Source: a candidate division WOR-3 bacterium
Lineage (GTDB): Bacteria; Hydrothermota; UBA3072; B12-G15
Direction of reading: 5' to 3'
Assembly (NCBI GenBank): GCA_965649055.1
Contig: CBFGJG010000003.1
Coordinates: 22,998-86,997, forward strand
Length of the DNA stretch: 64,000 nt
Positions within the stretch are counted from its first letter, which is position 1. Every line of letters begins with the position of its first letter. The notes below the pieces were generated by a model. That model searched no databases. It worked only from the letters and a program-made list of their open reading frames with translations, and had not been told where the DNA came from. The position numbers were made by a program, and so were the translations under genes. Positions 54,781 to 63,921 of this stretch are shown here, one piece after another.

Positions 54781-55275
54781 ATGAAAAAAATATCTTTAAA
54801 AGATGTTGAAAGAAAATTTTTGGAATTATCTCAACTCGATGAAAAAGGTATAAAATCCATTTTAAGAAAGATGGAAAAGGAACAACCATACATACTCACA
54901 TATCTTTATGTAATCGGGGAAGACTATAGTGAGTCAGGCAGGGAAATGCTTATGAGCCTTGGTATTATGGCTTGGCAGATTATGTTGGAGGCAGAAGAAA
55001 ATTTACCCACAATAGAACCCAAACTATTGGATGAAATGGAAGAAAGAAATATGAAGATGCTCGAGAAGATGAAAGATATTGAAGATGAAGATTTTATTAA
55101 GAAAACGGAAGAATTATTAAAAGATTACCCACAACCAGATCTTCTTACCATGGTCGTGGAAATGCTCTTCGAAGAAGAGAATGATATAGAACTTGATGAG
55201 AGGGCTATGATATTTATCTTCATTAAAATAGTGATTGATTCTCTACAAAAGGCGGGAGAATCGTTAAAGAAATAG
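54781..55275 (+). CDS. Acidic hypothetical protein
   Basis: RBS GGAGG. 164 aa, Glu/Lys-rich, no motif recognised. Confidence 0.4.
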   Translation: MKKISLKDVERKFLELSQLDEKGIKSILRKMEKEQPYILTYLYVIGEDYSESGREMLMSLGIMAWQIMLEAEENLPTIEPKLLDEMEERNMKMLEKMKDIEDEDFIKKTEELLKDYPQPDLLTMVVEMLFEEENDIELDERAMIFIFIKIVIDSLQKAGESLKK

Positions 55276-55301
55276 TTAGATGAAAATGAATATCTTTCTG
55301 T

Positions 55302-56270
55302 ATGATTGATACTGTTTTGGTAAATATTGGTTTTTTTACAATGAATTGGTACTTTCCATCTCAAGACCTAAAAATACAGAATTTTTTTTCTTCATTTGGT
55401 GGGGATTGTTATTTTATAGAAAAAAGAACAGGATTAGGTATTGGATTATCATACGAACTTCTTTTTGGCAGATTCTATTATGAATATCTAAATAAATCAT
55501 ATTCACCTTATCTTTTACGGAAGATTTTTTATAAGGAATTAAAAACTGATAATATAAATACATTTTTAATGCCTGTGTTTTATCTTAGATTCCCTCAAAC
55601 AACCCGGAGAAAATTTAATTTTACCAATTATGAATATGGAATAAGATTACTTTTGGGAAGTATGTATTCAATAGAAATTAGTAAAAATGACATAAAGGAT
55701 TTTACAAATTTTATGATTGGTACGGATGTTTCAATAAGCAAATTATTCAAATTATATAAAAAATCTCATTTTCCTGAAGACATATACCAAGCAGATAAAA
55801 AATTAAGAGAAATAGAAGAAAACTTCATATTAGTTGATAGTAGAATACCAGAAATAGAGGAGTTTAAGTTTAAAGTATACGATTTTCACAATAGAATTCG
55901 AAGAAGAATTTTAGATAGGGATGCTACAAGTTTTCTCCTTGCTGTTTGTCCATATTCAATTTTAGGTGCCGGAGCAGGTTTATACATAGCAAAGAATACT
56001 ATAACTATGGATACCACAGAGACCGAACCGGGTTGCGATAACGCATTAGTTGGAATCTTTTTATACAGTATGTATATAATCTTTGATTTGATGGTTAGGA
56101 CAGGTATGGTAATCGGATGCACTGCTGCAGGAACTGTTATTGGCACCGCAACCGGATACCTAACTGGACAGAACTATTATAACTATAAACTAACCGAAAC
56201 AGAAAAGAAAGAACTTGTCATTATATTAAACAAATATTACAGATTAATAAACGAATCAATCAATAAATAA
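55302..56270 (+). CDS. Hypothetical membrane protein with C-terminal glycine-zipper helices
   Basis: C-terminal GAGAGLYIAKN and GCTAAGTVIGTATGYLTGQ Gly-zipper-like segments. 322 aa. Confidence 0.35.
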   Translation: MIDTVLVNIGFFTMNWYFPSQDLKIQNFFSSFGGDCYFIEKRTGLGIGLSYELLFGRFYYEYLNKSYSPYLLRKIFYKELKTDNINTFLMPVFYLRFPQTTRRKFNFTNYEYGIRLLLGSMYSIEISKNDIKDFTNFMIGTDVSISKLFKLYKKSHFPEDIYQADKKLREIEENFILVDSRIPEIEEFKFKVYDFHNRIRRRILDRDATSFLLAVCPYSILGAGAGLYIAKNTITMDTTETEPGCDNALVGIFLYSMYIIFDLMVRTGMVIGCTAAGTVIGTATGYLTGQNYYNYKLTETEKKELVIILNKYYRLINESINK

Positions 56271-56300
56271 TCAAGTTTACATAATATATATTATCAGACA

Positions 56301-57392
56301 TTACTTAATACAAATAATTTTAATAATTTTACTTTTGGTTTTTATAAAATAGATTCCTTCCTTTTTGGGTTCCCAGGTTGTAGGAGTTTTCAAAAATTTG
56401 ACTAATTTACCGGTTATATCAAAAATCAGTATATATGAATTGGGTTCCTCTTCTAATTTAAAGGTCTTTCCTATTATTGTTGATGGAAGGTTTCTTTCTT
56501 CATATATACCTGTTCCGGTATATCTGACTTCAACTGTATCCATTGTTGGATGACCGTAAATTGAGTCACCAAAACAATAATGGAAATTCCAGTCTGTTGA
56601 TTCATTCTTCAGGTATCTATTGAAAAAAGCAGTCATATGCCTGCGTGAAATTCTTTGTTGTTCTTCCCGTGTTATTGTAGCCGTCCCACCATTTTCCCAG
56701 AAATAAGAATAGTCCATAAAAAATCCATGGTTAGCACCATTTATAACCGCAAAAGTTCCAGGTTCTGGTGCATTTGTCCAATATGCGCTTCTGACATCAT
56801 TCCAGGGCGCAATATTATCAACTGATCCAGCTATTATCATTTTAGGCACATCGAGATGTTCAGAATGAGTTTGAGGGGTTGTCTGCGGGCTCGCAAGTGA
56901 AACAACAGCTTTCAATGTATCTGGTAATTTAAAAGTATCAGCAGCAAGCAAAGCAAGACCACCACCCATACTATGCCCAGCAAACCCCCAGTTGAATTTA
57001 TCGAGTTTATGATAAAATAAATCGTTCACGCTATCATTCAGACTGGAGATAAACAAAGCTGCATCAACCATTGACCTCGCCCTCGTATAATGTTCAGGCG
57101 TCGGAAAAGGGTTTGAAATTGTGGGTAAAACAACCACATATCCCCAGGAAGCGAGATGTTTTGCATAACTATAATATCTATCAATTCCCATCTGGAAACC
57201 ATGACCAAAAACAATTATAGGACAGGGAACTGCATTTGTATCCACTCCGGTCCCACTTGAAGGATAATACACCCTTGAATTAGACATAGTTTCGTAAATC
57301 CCGGGGATATTTAAAACACGATAAGATACATTTTGGAACGGACCAGTTGTATCATAATCTGGAAAAAGATCTATGATTATAAACAACAGCAT
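56301..57392 (-). CDS. Cutinase/PETase-like alpha/beta-hydrolase (dienelactone-hydrolase fold polyesterase) with T9SS C-terminal sorting domain
   Basis: RBS GGAGG 5 nt upstream. YYPSSG...PCPIIVFGHGF, the nucleophile elbow GHSMGGG, the acid motif GSVDNIAPW and the His motif INGANHGF parallel the conserved blocks of type II PET hydrolases and actinobacterial cutinases. The C-terminal GIYFIKTKSKIIKIICIK is CTD-like. Confidence 0.6.
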   Translation of the reverse strand: MLLFIIIDLFPDYDTTGPFQNVSYRVLNIPGIYETMSNSRVYYPSSGTGVDTNAVPCPIIVFGHGFQMGIDRYYSYAKHLASWGYVVVLPTISNPFPTPEHYTRARSMVDAALFISSLNDSVNDLFYHKLDKFNWGFAGHSMGGGLALLAADTFKLPDTLKAVVSLASPQTTPQTHSEHLDVPKMIIAGSVDNIAPWNDVRSAYWTNAPEPGTFAVINGANHGFFMDYSYFWENGGTATITREEQQRISRRHMTAFFNRYLKNESTDWNFHYCFGDSIYGHPTMDTVEVRYTGTGIYEERNLPSTIIGKTFKLEEEPNSYILIFDITGKLVKFLKTPTTWEPKKEGIYFIKTKSKIIKIICIK

Positions 57393-57490
57393 ATTTACCT
57401 CCGTTTATTCAATTATAAAATGATTGAATTTTTTGTCAATAATTTCTTGATTTTTTTTTAAAATTTTTTATTTTAAATAAAAAGGAGAAA

Positions 57491-58660
57491 ATGATGAATG
57501 AAAGTAAAAAACTACCAAAAAATGTAATATCCTTAGGTTTTGTCAGTTTTCTGAATGATGCAGCAAGTGAAATGATTTATCCCCTTCTTCCGGTTTTCTT
57601 AACAAAGGTATTAGGCGCAGGACCTGGATTTTTAGGGGTTATTGAAGGTATTGCAGAAGCAACAGCAAGTTTACTGAAATTGTTTTCAGGATATATATCG
57701 GACAGATTTAAAAGAAGCAAGATTCTAATCTTTATAGGTTATGCCCTTGCAACATTTGGAAGACCTTTAATTGCATTCACAAGGGCCTGGTGGCATGTTG
57801 CAATTATCAGATTCATTGACAGGGTTGGGAAAGGAATAAGAACCTCTCCGAGGGATGCATTGATATCACATTCAGTATCACCTGATATCAAAGGAAAGGC
57901 ATTTGGATTTCACAGGGCAATGGACCACCTTGGTGCTATTGTTGGCCCTTTAACCGCTATGATTCTCTTAAAATTCGGATTACATATGAAAACTGTTTTC
58001 CTCCTTGCAGTAATCCCAGGCATAATATCCTTGTTTATCCTGTTTTTCTTTGTTGAAGAAAAAGTTGATGACAAAAAACATAACAAATTGAATTTCAATT
58101 TAAAAGTATTTCCGTTTTCATTTAAATATTATCTTTTTGTTGTTATCTTATTCACTTTGAGTAATTCATCTGATACCTTCTTGATTTTCAGGGCGAATGA
58201 AGTGGGTGTTTCAATTGCAATGGTTCCTCTTTTGTGGATGGTTTTGCATTTTGTTAAGGCTTTATTATCTATTCCTGGAGGTATATGGTCTGATAAGGTT
58301 GGAAGAAAGCTTGTTATTATAACAGGCTGGATTGTTTATGCGTTGATTTACCTTGGGTTTGGATTTGCTACGAGGTTATGGCATATATGGTTGTTATTTG
58401 CGTTATACGGTATATATTTCGCATTAACGGAAGGGGTTGAAAAGGCATTTGTTAGTGATTTATCCCCAAAGGATTATCAGGGGACTGCTTTTGGTCTTTT
58501 TAATCTCTCTATTGGTATTGCTGCATTTCCTTCAAGTGTGATATTTGGGTTTATATATCAGTCTTTGGGTGGTAAATTTGCGTTTATTTATGGTGCTTCC
58601 TTAGCCCTCCTCTCCTCTATTTTACTTTTATTTGTGAATGAGAAGGTTAAGAAAGACTGA
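57491..58660 (+). CDS. MFS transporter
   Basis: RBS AAAGGAGA. 12 predicted transmembrane segments and the MFS loop motif GYISDRFKRSK. 389 aa. Confidence 0.8.
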   Translation: MMNESKKLPKNVISLGFVSFLNDAASEMIYPLLPVFLTKVLGAGPGFLGVIEGIAEATASLLKLFSGYISDRFKRSKILIFIGYALATFGRPLIAFTRAWWHVAIIRFIDRVGKGIRTSPRDALISHSVSPDIKGKAFGFHRAMDHLGAIVGPLTAMILLKFGLHMKTVFLLAVIPGIISLFILFFFVEEKVDDKKHNKLNFNLKVFPFSFKYYLFVVILFTLSNSSDTFLIFRANEVGVSIAMVPLLWMVLHFVKALLSIPGGIWSDKVGRKLVIITGWIVYALIYLGFGFATRLWHIWLLFALYGIYFALTEGVEKAFVSDLSPKDYQGTAFGLFNLSIGIAAFPSSVIFGFIYQSLGGKFAFIYGASLALLSSILLLFVNEKVKKD

Positions 58661-58707
58661 TTAAAATTTACAAAATATTCAAAAATCAATTAAAATATTA
58701 ATTTTTA

Positions 58708-59143
58708 TCAGGTCTCGACTTTGTATATTTTCCTTCCATCTTCCCAATTTTCCCACCATTCAATAATTTCGGGTATAATTCTTAAAAGACAAAAATTTTC
58801 ATCATCAACCGATTTGAAATACTCTCCAAGATTAAACCGGGATATTTTCCAGACCTTCTTTTTTTCTTCAATGTCTTCTATTATTTCCGCTTTTCCTGAA
58901 ACGAAAAACAGTTTTATCACCTGAAGGATATTGCACGAATGCAAGGGAGATGTTATTATTCTTTTTTATCTGTTTTACCTTTCTTGAATTTGAAAATGTT
59001 GCAACCCAGATATTCATTTCATCATCCACTATTGGCGATACAGGTTTAATTTTTGGTGCATTTTCATCAATTGTTCCTAAAAATGAAAAATTACTCAATT
59101 CCTTCATTATACCTATTATTTTTTTCTTATCATTATCCGTCAT
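58708..59143 (-). pseudogene. PNPOx-like (pyridoxamine 5'-phosphate oxidase/general stress protein 26 family) FMN-binding protein disrupted by a frameshift
   Basis: Two overlapping minus-strand ORFs in different frames (58868..59143 and 58708..58944). They jointly reconstruct a ~140-aa PNPOx-like protein: ...ISLAFVQYPSGDKTV|FVSGKAEIIEDIEEKKKVW...LLRIIPEIIEWWE. The frame change maps to a T5 run on the coding strand (A5 at 58904-58908 on the + strand). Confidence 0.55.
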
Positions 59144-59158
59144 CTTTCCTCCTGATTC

Positions 59159-60421
59159 TCACTTAAATGAAAATATTATTGGAAAGATAAACGAAATAAT
59201 AAAAGCATAAACCGAATAGACAGGCAAATATTTTGCTATCCAGAATACAATTGTTTCCAATCCTGATTTTTTTCTGAAAAAACGAATATAATTTATAACT
59301 ATTCCCAGAAGATTTATAAACATTAAAATATTAATGAGAAGAGCAGTTGAACGATTTGGTGTGAGCCCGAATGAATATAATCTGAATATAATTGCAGAGA
59401 GTGCAATCACATCTATTATAAGTGAAATTGATATCAATGAAAAAATCAAATAATCAATAATGGATTTATCAGTTCTTTTTCTTTCGGATATCGTAAATAT
59501 AACTAATCCGAGGACAATTAAAAGCATAAAGTCAAAAGTGATTAGAGTCTCTCTTTCTTTATAAGGGCTTTTGCGAAGAATTAGCATTGTTAATAAATAA
59601 ATAACCAATGTGATTAAAACCATTGGTGCAAATATTCTTGCTATAATCGGGGCAAAGTTTTTTGAAAATTCTTTCTTTTCTGTAAGATATGTTCCAATTA
59701 GTGGGATTGAAGGAAAAAGAAATACAATGATATAATCCATATAAAAGTTTTCTATCTTTAAATCTATAACATTGAATAAAAAGATTGTAAATCCGGTTAA
59801 TATTGTTAAACAAATAAGTAAGATTCCAGAATATATCAGAAGTTCACCATTGTATCTTATGTATGCAATCCTCTTATGTAAATCTTTATAATCACCAGCG
59901 AATGATAGGCCAAGAAAAAACCATAAAAAAACTGGAAGATGAAGATATGTCAGATAAATAGTCTGTGAATCTTTTAATTCAGGCAAAGAGTTTATATATA
60001 TAAATGAAAAAATAAAAGCAATAGAAATAATCAGGATTTTTCTTTTATCAAGGGTGTTTTTTACAATGTAAAATATTGAAAGCAAAAATAAAATAATAAT
60101 AGGCATATTTTTTATATAAAATATTTCTCTATATATATTAAGATATTTTAAAAAATTAGGAATTTCCAGAAATAATCCACCTAAAAAAGATAGCATCAGA
60201 ATTATTGATAAATCACTAATTTTCTTAAAACTCTTTTCCGTTTTTTCTCTATAAAGGGAATAATTCAGTCTTGCATTCCAAACTTTTAAAACAATTGAAT
60301 CTTGGTTTTCAGAAAATACCTTACCGAAGGCATCTATGAATTCCTTTTCATTTGTTCTATAAAGTCTTTCAAGTTCCTCAGGATTATTTATATTCTCTTT
60401 TATTAATCTTTCAAAATCCAA
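59159..60421 (-). CDS. Polytopic membrane protein with N-terminal cytoplasmic domain, unknown function
   Basis: 420 aa. An N-terminal ~70-aa soluble region (LERLYRTNEKEFIDAFGKVF) is followed by at least 10 transmembrane segments. Confidence 0.45.
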   Translation of the reverse strand: MDFERLIKENINNPEELERLYRTNEKEFIDAFGKVFSENQDSIVLKVWNARLNYSLYREKTEKSFKKISDLSIILMLSFLGGLFLEIPNFLKYLNIYREIFYIKNMPIIILFLLSIFYIVKNTLDKRKILIISIAFIFSFIYINSLPELKDSQTIYLTYLHLPVFLWFFLGLSFAGDYKDLHKRIAYIRYNGELLIYSGILLICLTILTGFTIFLFNVIDLKIENFYMDYIIVFLFPSIPLIGTYLTEKKEFSKNFAPIIARIFAPMVLITLVIYLLTMLILRKSPYKERETLITFDFMLLIVLGLVIFTISERKRTDKSIIDYLIFSLISISLIIDVIALSAIIFRLYSFGLTPNRSTALLINILMFINLLGIVINYIRFFRKKSGLETIVFWIAKYLPVYSVYAFIISFIFPIIFSFK

Positions 60422-61501
60422 TTATCTTCCTTCCTCAATTTTAAATGTTATTTTTACTTTTCTGAAGAATGTCTCTTTACTATTATCCTGAAGATAGAAT
60501 GTTAAAGTTGAATCATCCTCTGATTTAATCCTCCATACCCTGAAATATAAATCATCTTTAAAAAAATCCTGATCATTCAAAGGATAAAGAGTTCCCAGAT
60601 ATTCAAAATCCTTCTTCCTGTAAACATCAACAAAGAAAAATCCTTTTCTATACAATTTCCTGAATTTATTTTCGTAATTTCCTATCTCCCATTCTTTAAG
60701 CCACAATTTTTCATATGCTATGAAGATATAATTATCAGAAATACTAATTCCAGCCGCTGGTGTCTTTTTTATTTTATATGTTTTGTTTTTACCTTTCCCT
60801 TTTATCTCAACCTTTGGTATTGTCCATTCTTTATGTTTGATACCGAAATCTTTTATTTTTCTGCCTGTAAATACATCGTAAGCCTTCAATCTGTCATAGA
60901 AATATTCATAAACGATAAGTATACTTCCTTTAACATCCCATTCAAATTCAGGGTATGGGATTGTAAATCTATCATATTTTAGTTTTTCTTTGAATTTTAT
61001 ATCTGGATATTCAATCATTTCACCAAATGAAGAAATCTTTTTCCCGTTTTTTATGTTAAAAACTGAAAAATAATCCTTTATACTTGAAAAATCCTCGATT
61101 ATAATCAATTCATCATTTATAAATTTAAAATATCCATCTATACCTATATTGGCTATATCCTTTAATCCTTCATTTATTCTTTTTAATATTCCGGAAGTGA
61201 TAATATAAACAAATCCATCTTTTTCTTTCACTGAATATATATATTTATCCCTTGAAAAGTAAAGAGTATCTAATTTTTCAGAAAAAATGTTGAATCTTAC
61301 TAATGGTCTTCCAATCCCATAGATATAAAGATTATTGTTATACACCTCAACTATATTACCAACATAGTAATCTGCTTCAGCTTCTACTATATCTTTTGAT
61401 ATTATCTTGATTTTTTCATACTTTTCCCTGTTACAGGTGATAAATGATATAAAAATCAAAAAATAGAATATTCTCATATTAAAATGATAATAATAAAACA
61501 A
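60422..61501 (-). CDS. Lipoprotein, unknown function
   Basis: Lipobox ISFITCN. 359 aa with beta-rich repeats. Abuts the downstream gene with no gap. Confidence 0.45.
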   Translation of the reverse strand: MFYYYHFNMRIFYFLIFISFITCNREKYEKIKIISKDIVEAEADYYVGNIVEVYNNNLYIYGIGRPLVRFNIFSEKLDTLYFSRDKYIYSVKEKDGFVYIITSGILKRINEGLKDIANIGIDGYFKFINDELIIIEDFSSIKDYFSVFNIKNGKKISSFGEMIEYPDIKFKEKLKYDRFTIPYPEFEWDVKGSILIVYEYFYDRLKAYDVFTGRKIKDFGIKHKEWTIPKVEIKGKGKNKTYKIKKTPAAGISISDNYIFIAYEKLWLKEWEIGNYENKFRKLYRKGFFFVDVYRKKDFEYLGTLYPLNDQDFFKDDLYFRVWRIKSEDDSTLTFYLQDNSKETFFRKVKITFKIEEGR

Positions 61502-61518
61502 ATTTTTGCAAGAGATTG

Positions 61519-62046
61519 TTATCTCAATTTCTTATAATGTTCTATCACATCAAAAATAGTCCAGGGTTTTGCATCTTCCTTCTTAAGGCCAAGTTTTTCG
61601 ATTGCCTCGAATATTTTACTCTTATCATCAGATTCTATCTCTATAAAATCTGGTATAAATGAATAATTATCAAGATGTCTTTCAAGTTCAATCCTTACAT
61701 CGTCAATGACATAACTTTTTCTTTTCTTTATTATTTTATCATAGATTCTTAAACCTATTGAAAGTAATATATTTTCTGTTTTATCAAAATCCCCAACCTC
61801 TACTTCAACCTCATCCATCTCTTTAACTTCTTTCTGGGATATAGATGATTTTAGACATAGAAAACTTTTTTCTCCGTATTTTCTCAATCTCATGATTCTA
61901 TTACTATTTCTGATTGAAAAATTGTCAAAATCAAAGAATTCTGTTATTATCTCACCATCAAATTCCTTTTTAGCTTTAAATGATATAAGTTTTTTCTCTA
62001 TATCATCCAAATTTACTTCAAGAATCTTAACTTCAATCTCATTCAT
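61519..62046 (-). CDS. CYTH-domain protein (class IV adenylate cyclase / triphosphate tunnel metalloenzyme family)
   Basis: N-terminal MNEIEVKILEV (the E-x-E-x-K CYTH signature) and further acidic and Arg/Lys residues spaced as in CyaB-like proteins. 175 aa. Confidence 0.65.
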   Translation of the reverse strand: MNEIEVKILEVNLDDIEKKLISFKAKKEFDGEIITEFFDFDNFSIRNSNRIMRLRKYGEKSFLCLKSSISQKEVKEMDEVEVEVGDFDKTENILLSIGLRIYDKIIKKRKSYVIDDVRIELERHLDNYSFIPDFIEIESDDKSKIFEAIEKLGLKKEDAKPWTIFDVIEHYKKLR

Positions 62047-62106
62047 AAATTCCTCCTTTTCTTATCTTCCTCTCCCTTGATAAGAGAGAATAAAGGTGAG
62101 TGTGAT

Positions 62107-63123
62107 CTATCTAACTTCTTCAATTATTCCACCACCAATCACATATTCATCTTTATAAAGAACAATAGATTGACCGGGTGTTAATGCAAAATGTGGTTTT
62201 TCAAAATGAACCTCTACCCTATTCCCTATTCTTTTACATCTTACCTTAGCAAAATCAGATTTATATCTTGATTTTGCAAGCAACTCTTCTTTCTCAATAT
62301 CAAATTCAAAGATAATATTTACATCTTTTATAATTGCAAGACTTTTATAAACATCTTTTTTCGTTCCAACATATATTGCATTCTCTTCGGGTGAAATCTT
62401 TATAACATACAGTGGTTCTTTGTACGATATTCCAAGTCCCGTTCTCTGTCCATAAGTGTATCCCGTAATCCCTTTATGTTCACCTATTATCTTACCATCC
62501 ATTATTATTGGCCCCTTTTTTCCTTTAATAATTCCCCTTAAAAAATCCCTGTAATCCATATCCCGGATAAAACATACATCTTGACTTTTCTTCCTTTTAG
62601 CAGTTGGAAGACCTAAATTTTCCGCAATCATTCTTATTTTTTCTTTTGTTAAATAACCATTAGGGAAAAAGATACTCTTTAATTGTTCCTGTTTTAATCT
62701 GTATAAAAAATAAGATTGTTCATTATTATCAATACCTCTTTTCAGATAGAAAATCCCATCTTTTTCTTCTATTATTGCATAATGACCTGTTGCAATAAAA
62801 TCAAATTTCATCTCTTTTGCTTTTTTTAAAAACAAACCAAACTTTATATTCTCATTGCATATAACACAGGGATTTGGTGTTTTACCATTTTTATATTCAT
62901 CTATAAAATTTTTTATTATTATTTCTTCATATTCCCTTGAAAAATCAAATATATTATGTTTTATTGCTATGATTTCACAGGATTGCTTAGCCATTTCAAT
63001 ATCTTCATCATCAACACCTCTGAATCTCATTGTTCCACCTTCAACATAGTATCCTTTATCTTTTAAAAGATATGCTGCGATAGAAGAATCAACACCACCA
63101 CTCATTCCAACAAGAATTTTCAT
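62107..63123 (-). CDS. mnmA: tRNA-specific 2-thiouridylase MnmA
   Basis: PP-loop MKILVGMSGGVDSS and the catalytic Cys regions (PNPCVICN, DVCF). 338 aa. Confidence 0.9.
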   Translation of the reverse strand: MKILVGMSGGVDSSIAAYLLKDKGYYVEGGTMRFRGVDDEDIEMAKQSCEIIAIKHNIFDFSREYEEIIIKNFIDEYKNGKTPNPCVICNENIKFGLFLKKAKEMKFDFIATGHYAIIEEKDGIFYLKRGIDNNEQSYFLYRLKQEQLKSIFFPNGYLTKEKIRMIAENLGLPTAKRKKSQDVCFIRDMDYRDFLRGIIKGKKGPIIMDGKIIGEHKGITGYTYGQRTGLGISYKEPLYVIKISPEENAIYVGTKKDVYKSLAIIKDVNIIFEFDIEKEELLAKSRYKSDFAKVRCKRIGNRVEVHFEKPHFALTPGQSIVLYKDEYVIGGGIIEEVR

Positions 63124-63209
63124 AATATTTATATTTTATTATTTTATGAAAAAGTCAAATAGAAAATCTCTCGTTTAATCTTAAACTTTTAAATCTTTTA
63201 TTACTATCA

Positions 63210-63701
63210 TCACCTCACTATTACAATCTTTCCTCTTTCTTCCTTCCAGTCTGATTTCAAGATATAGAAGTATACACCCGATATACCTGGATTGAATTCT
63301 AAACTGTATCTCTCTGAATTTATCTTCCCTTTCATCATCTTTCTAACTACCCTGCCAAATATATCATATATCACAAGTTCTACATTTCCTTCCTTTGGTA
63401 TCCCAACCTTGAATATCACTCTTCCCTTACCAAAATTACTTGTTAATCTAAACTCAAATACATCAGGTATATCTTTAATTCCTGTTATCGTGAATGTCTT
63501 CGTTTCTGATAGCCTGTCATTACCTGCTGAATCTATACCAATCACATAATATTCTATATTCATCGTCCCTTCTGTCTGTAAAGGTATTACACCTCTATAT
63601 GTGTTCCCTGATACATATTCCATTGTATCCTCATACCATTCCTTTGTATAATTCACCTGATACCTCAATATACCATAACTTATACCATTTATATCTGTCA
63701 T
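63210..63701 (-). CDS. Secreted protein with T9SS C-terminal sorting domain (N-terminus uncertain)
   Basis: C-terminal GVYFYILKSDWKEERGKIVIVR is CTD-like. The first ATG is at 63701, but the reading frame stays open and hydrophobic upstream to 63863 without an ATG/GTG/TTG, so the true start and signal peptide are unresolved. Confidence 0.45.
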   Translation of the reverse strand: MTDINGISYGILRYQVNYTKEWYEDTMEYVSGNTYRGVIPLQTEGTMNIEYYVIGIDSAGNDRLSETKTFTITGIKDIPDVFEFRLTSNFGKGRVIFKVGIPKEGNVELVIYDIFGRVVRKMMKGKINSERYSLEFNPGISGVYFYILKSDWKEERGKIVIVR

Positions 63702-63862
63702 ATCTGAATAAACATCAAATGGTCCATAATACCCTGTTGTGTCATTTATATCAGTTATTGATATTATCGTAGGGGAGTAAAATAAATTTTGTGTAAAAAT
63801 AAAAATTATGTATAATTTAATTATTGATGGAATGAATAAATATAGGGTGATAAAGAAAAAAA

Positions 63863-63887
63863 GTCAGGTTCTCAAGGAGAACCTGAC
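63863..63887. promoter_or_regulatory. Perfect 11-bp inverted repeat GTCAGGTTCTC-AAG-GAGAACCTGAC
   Basis: Seen directly. It is GC-richer than its surroundings. On the minus strand it is followed by a T8 run, so it is terminator-like, yet it sits in a divergent intergenic region between the CTD-protein gene and a + strand ORF starting at 63922. Confidence 0.4.
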
Positions 63888-63921
63888 CAAAAATTTAACC
63901 ATTAACCATAGGAGGTTAAAC

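Noticed and set aside
58708-59143. Treating 58868..59143 and 58708..58944 as two independent small genes
   Set aside because: They overlap by 77 nt in different frames and together reconstruct one PNPOx-like fold, so a frameshifted single gene is more parsimonious.
62047-62106. Hairpin CTTATC-N14-GATAAG between mnmA and the CYTH gene as a terminator
   Set aside because: The stem is AT-rich and short with a large loop, and it overlaps the RBS region of the CYTH gene. It is more likely incidental.
63863-63887. Palindrome as a + strand rho-independent terminator
   Set aside because: No T-run follows it on the + strand (CAAAAATTT), and no + strand gene ends nearby. The T-run exists only on the minus strand.
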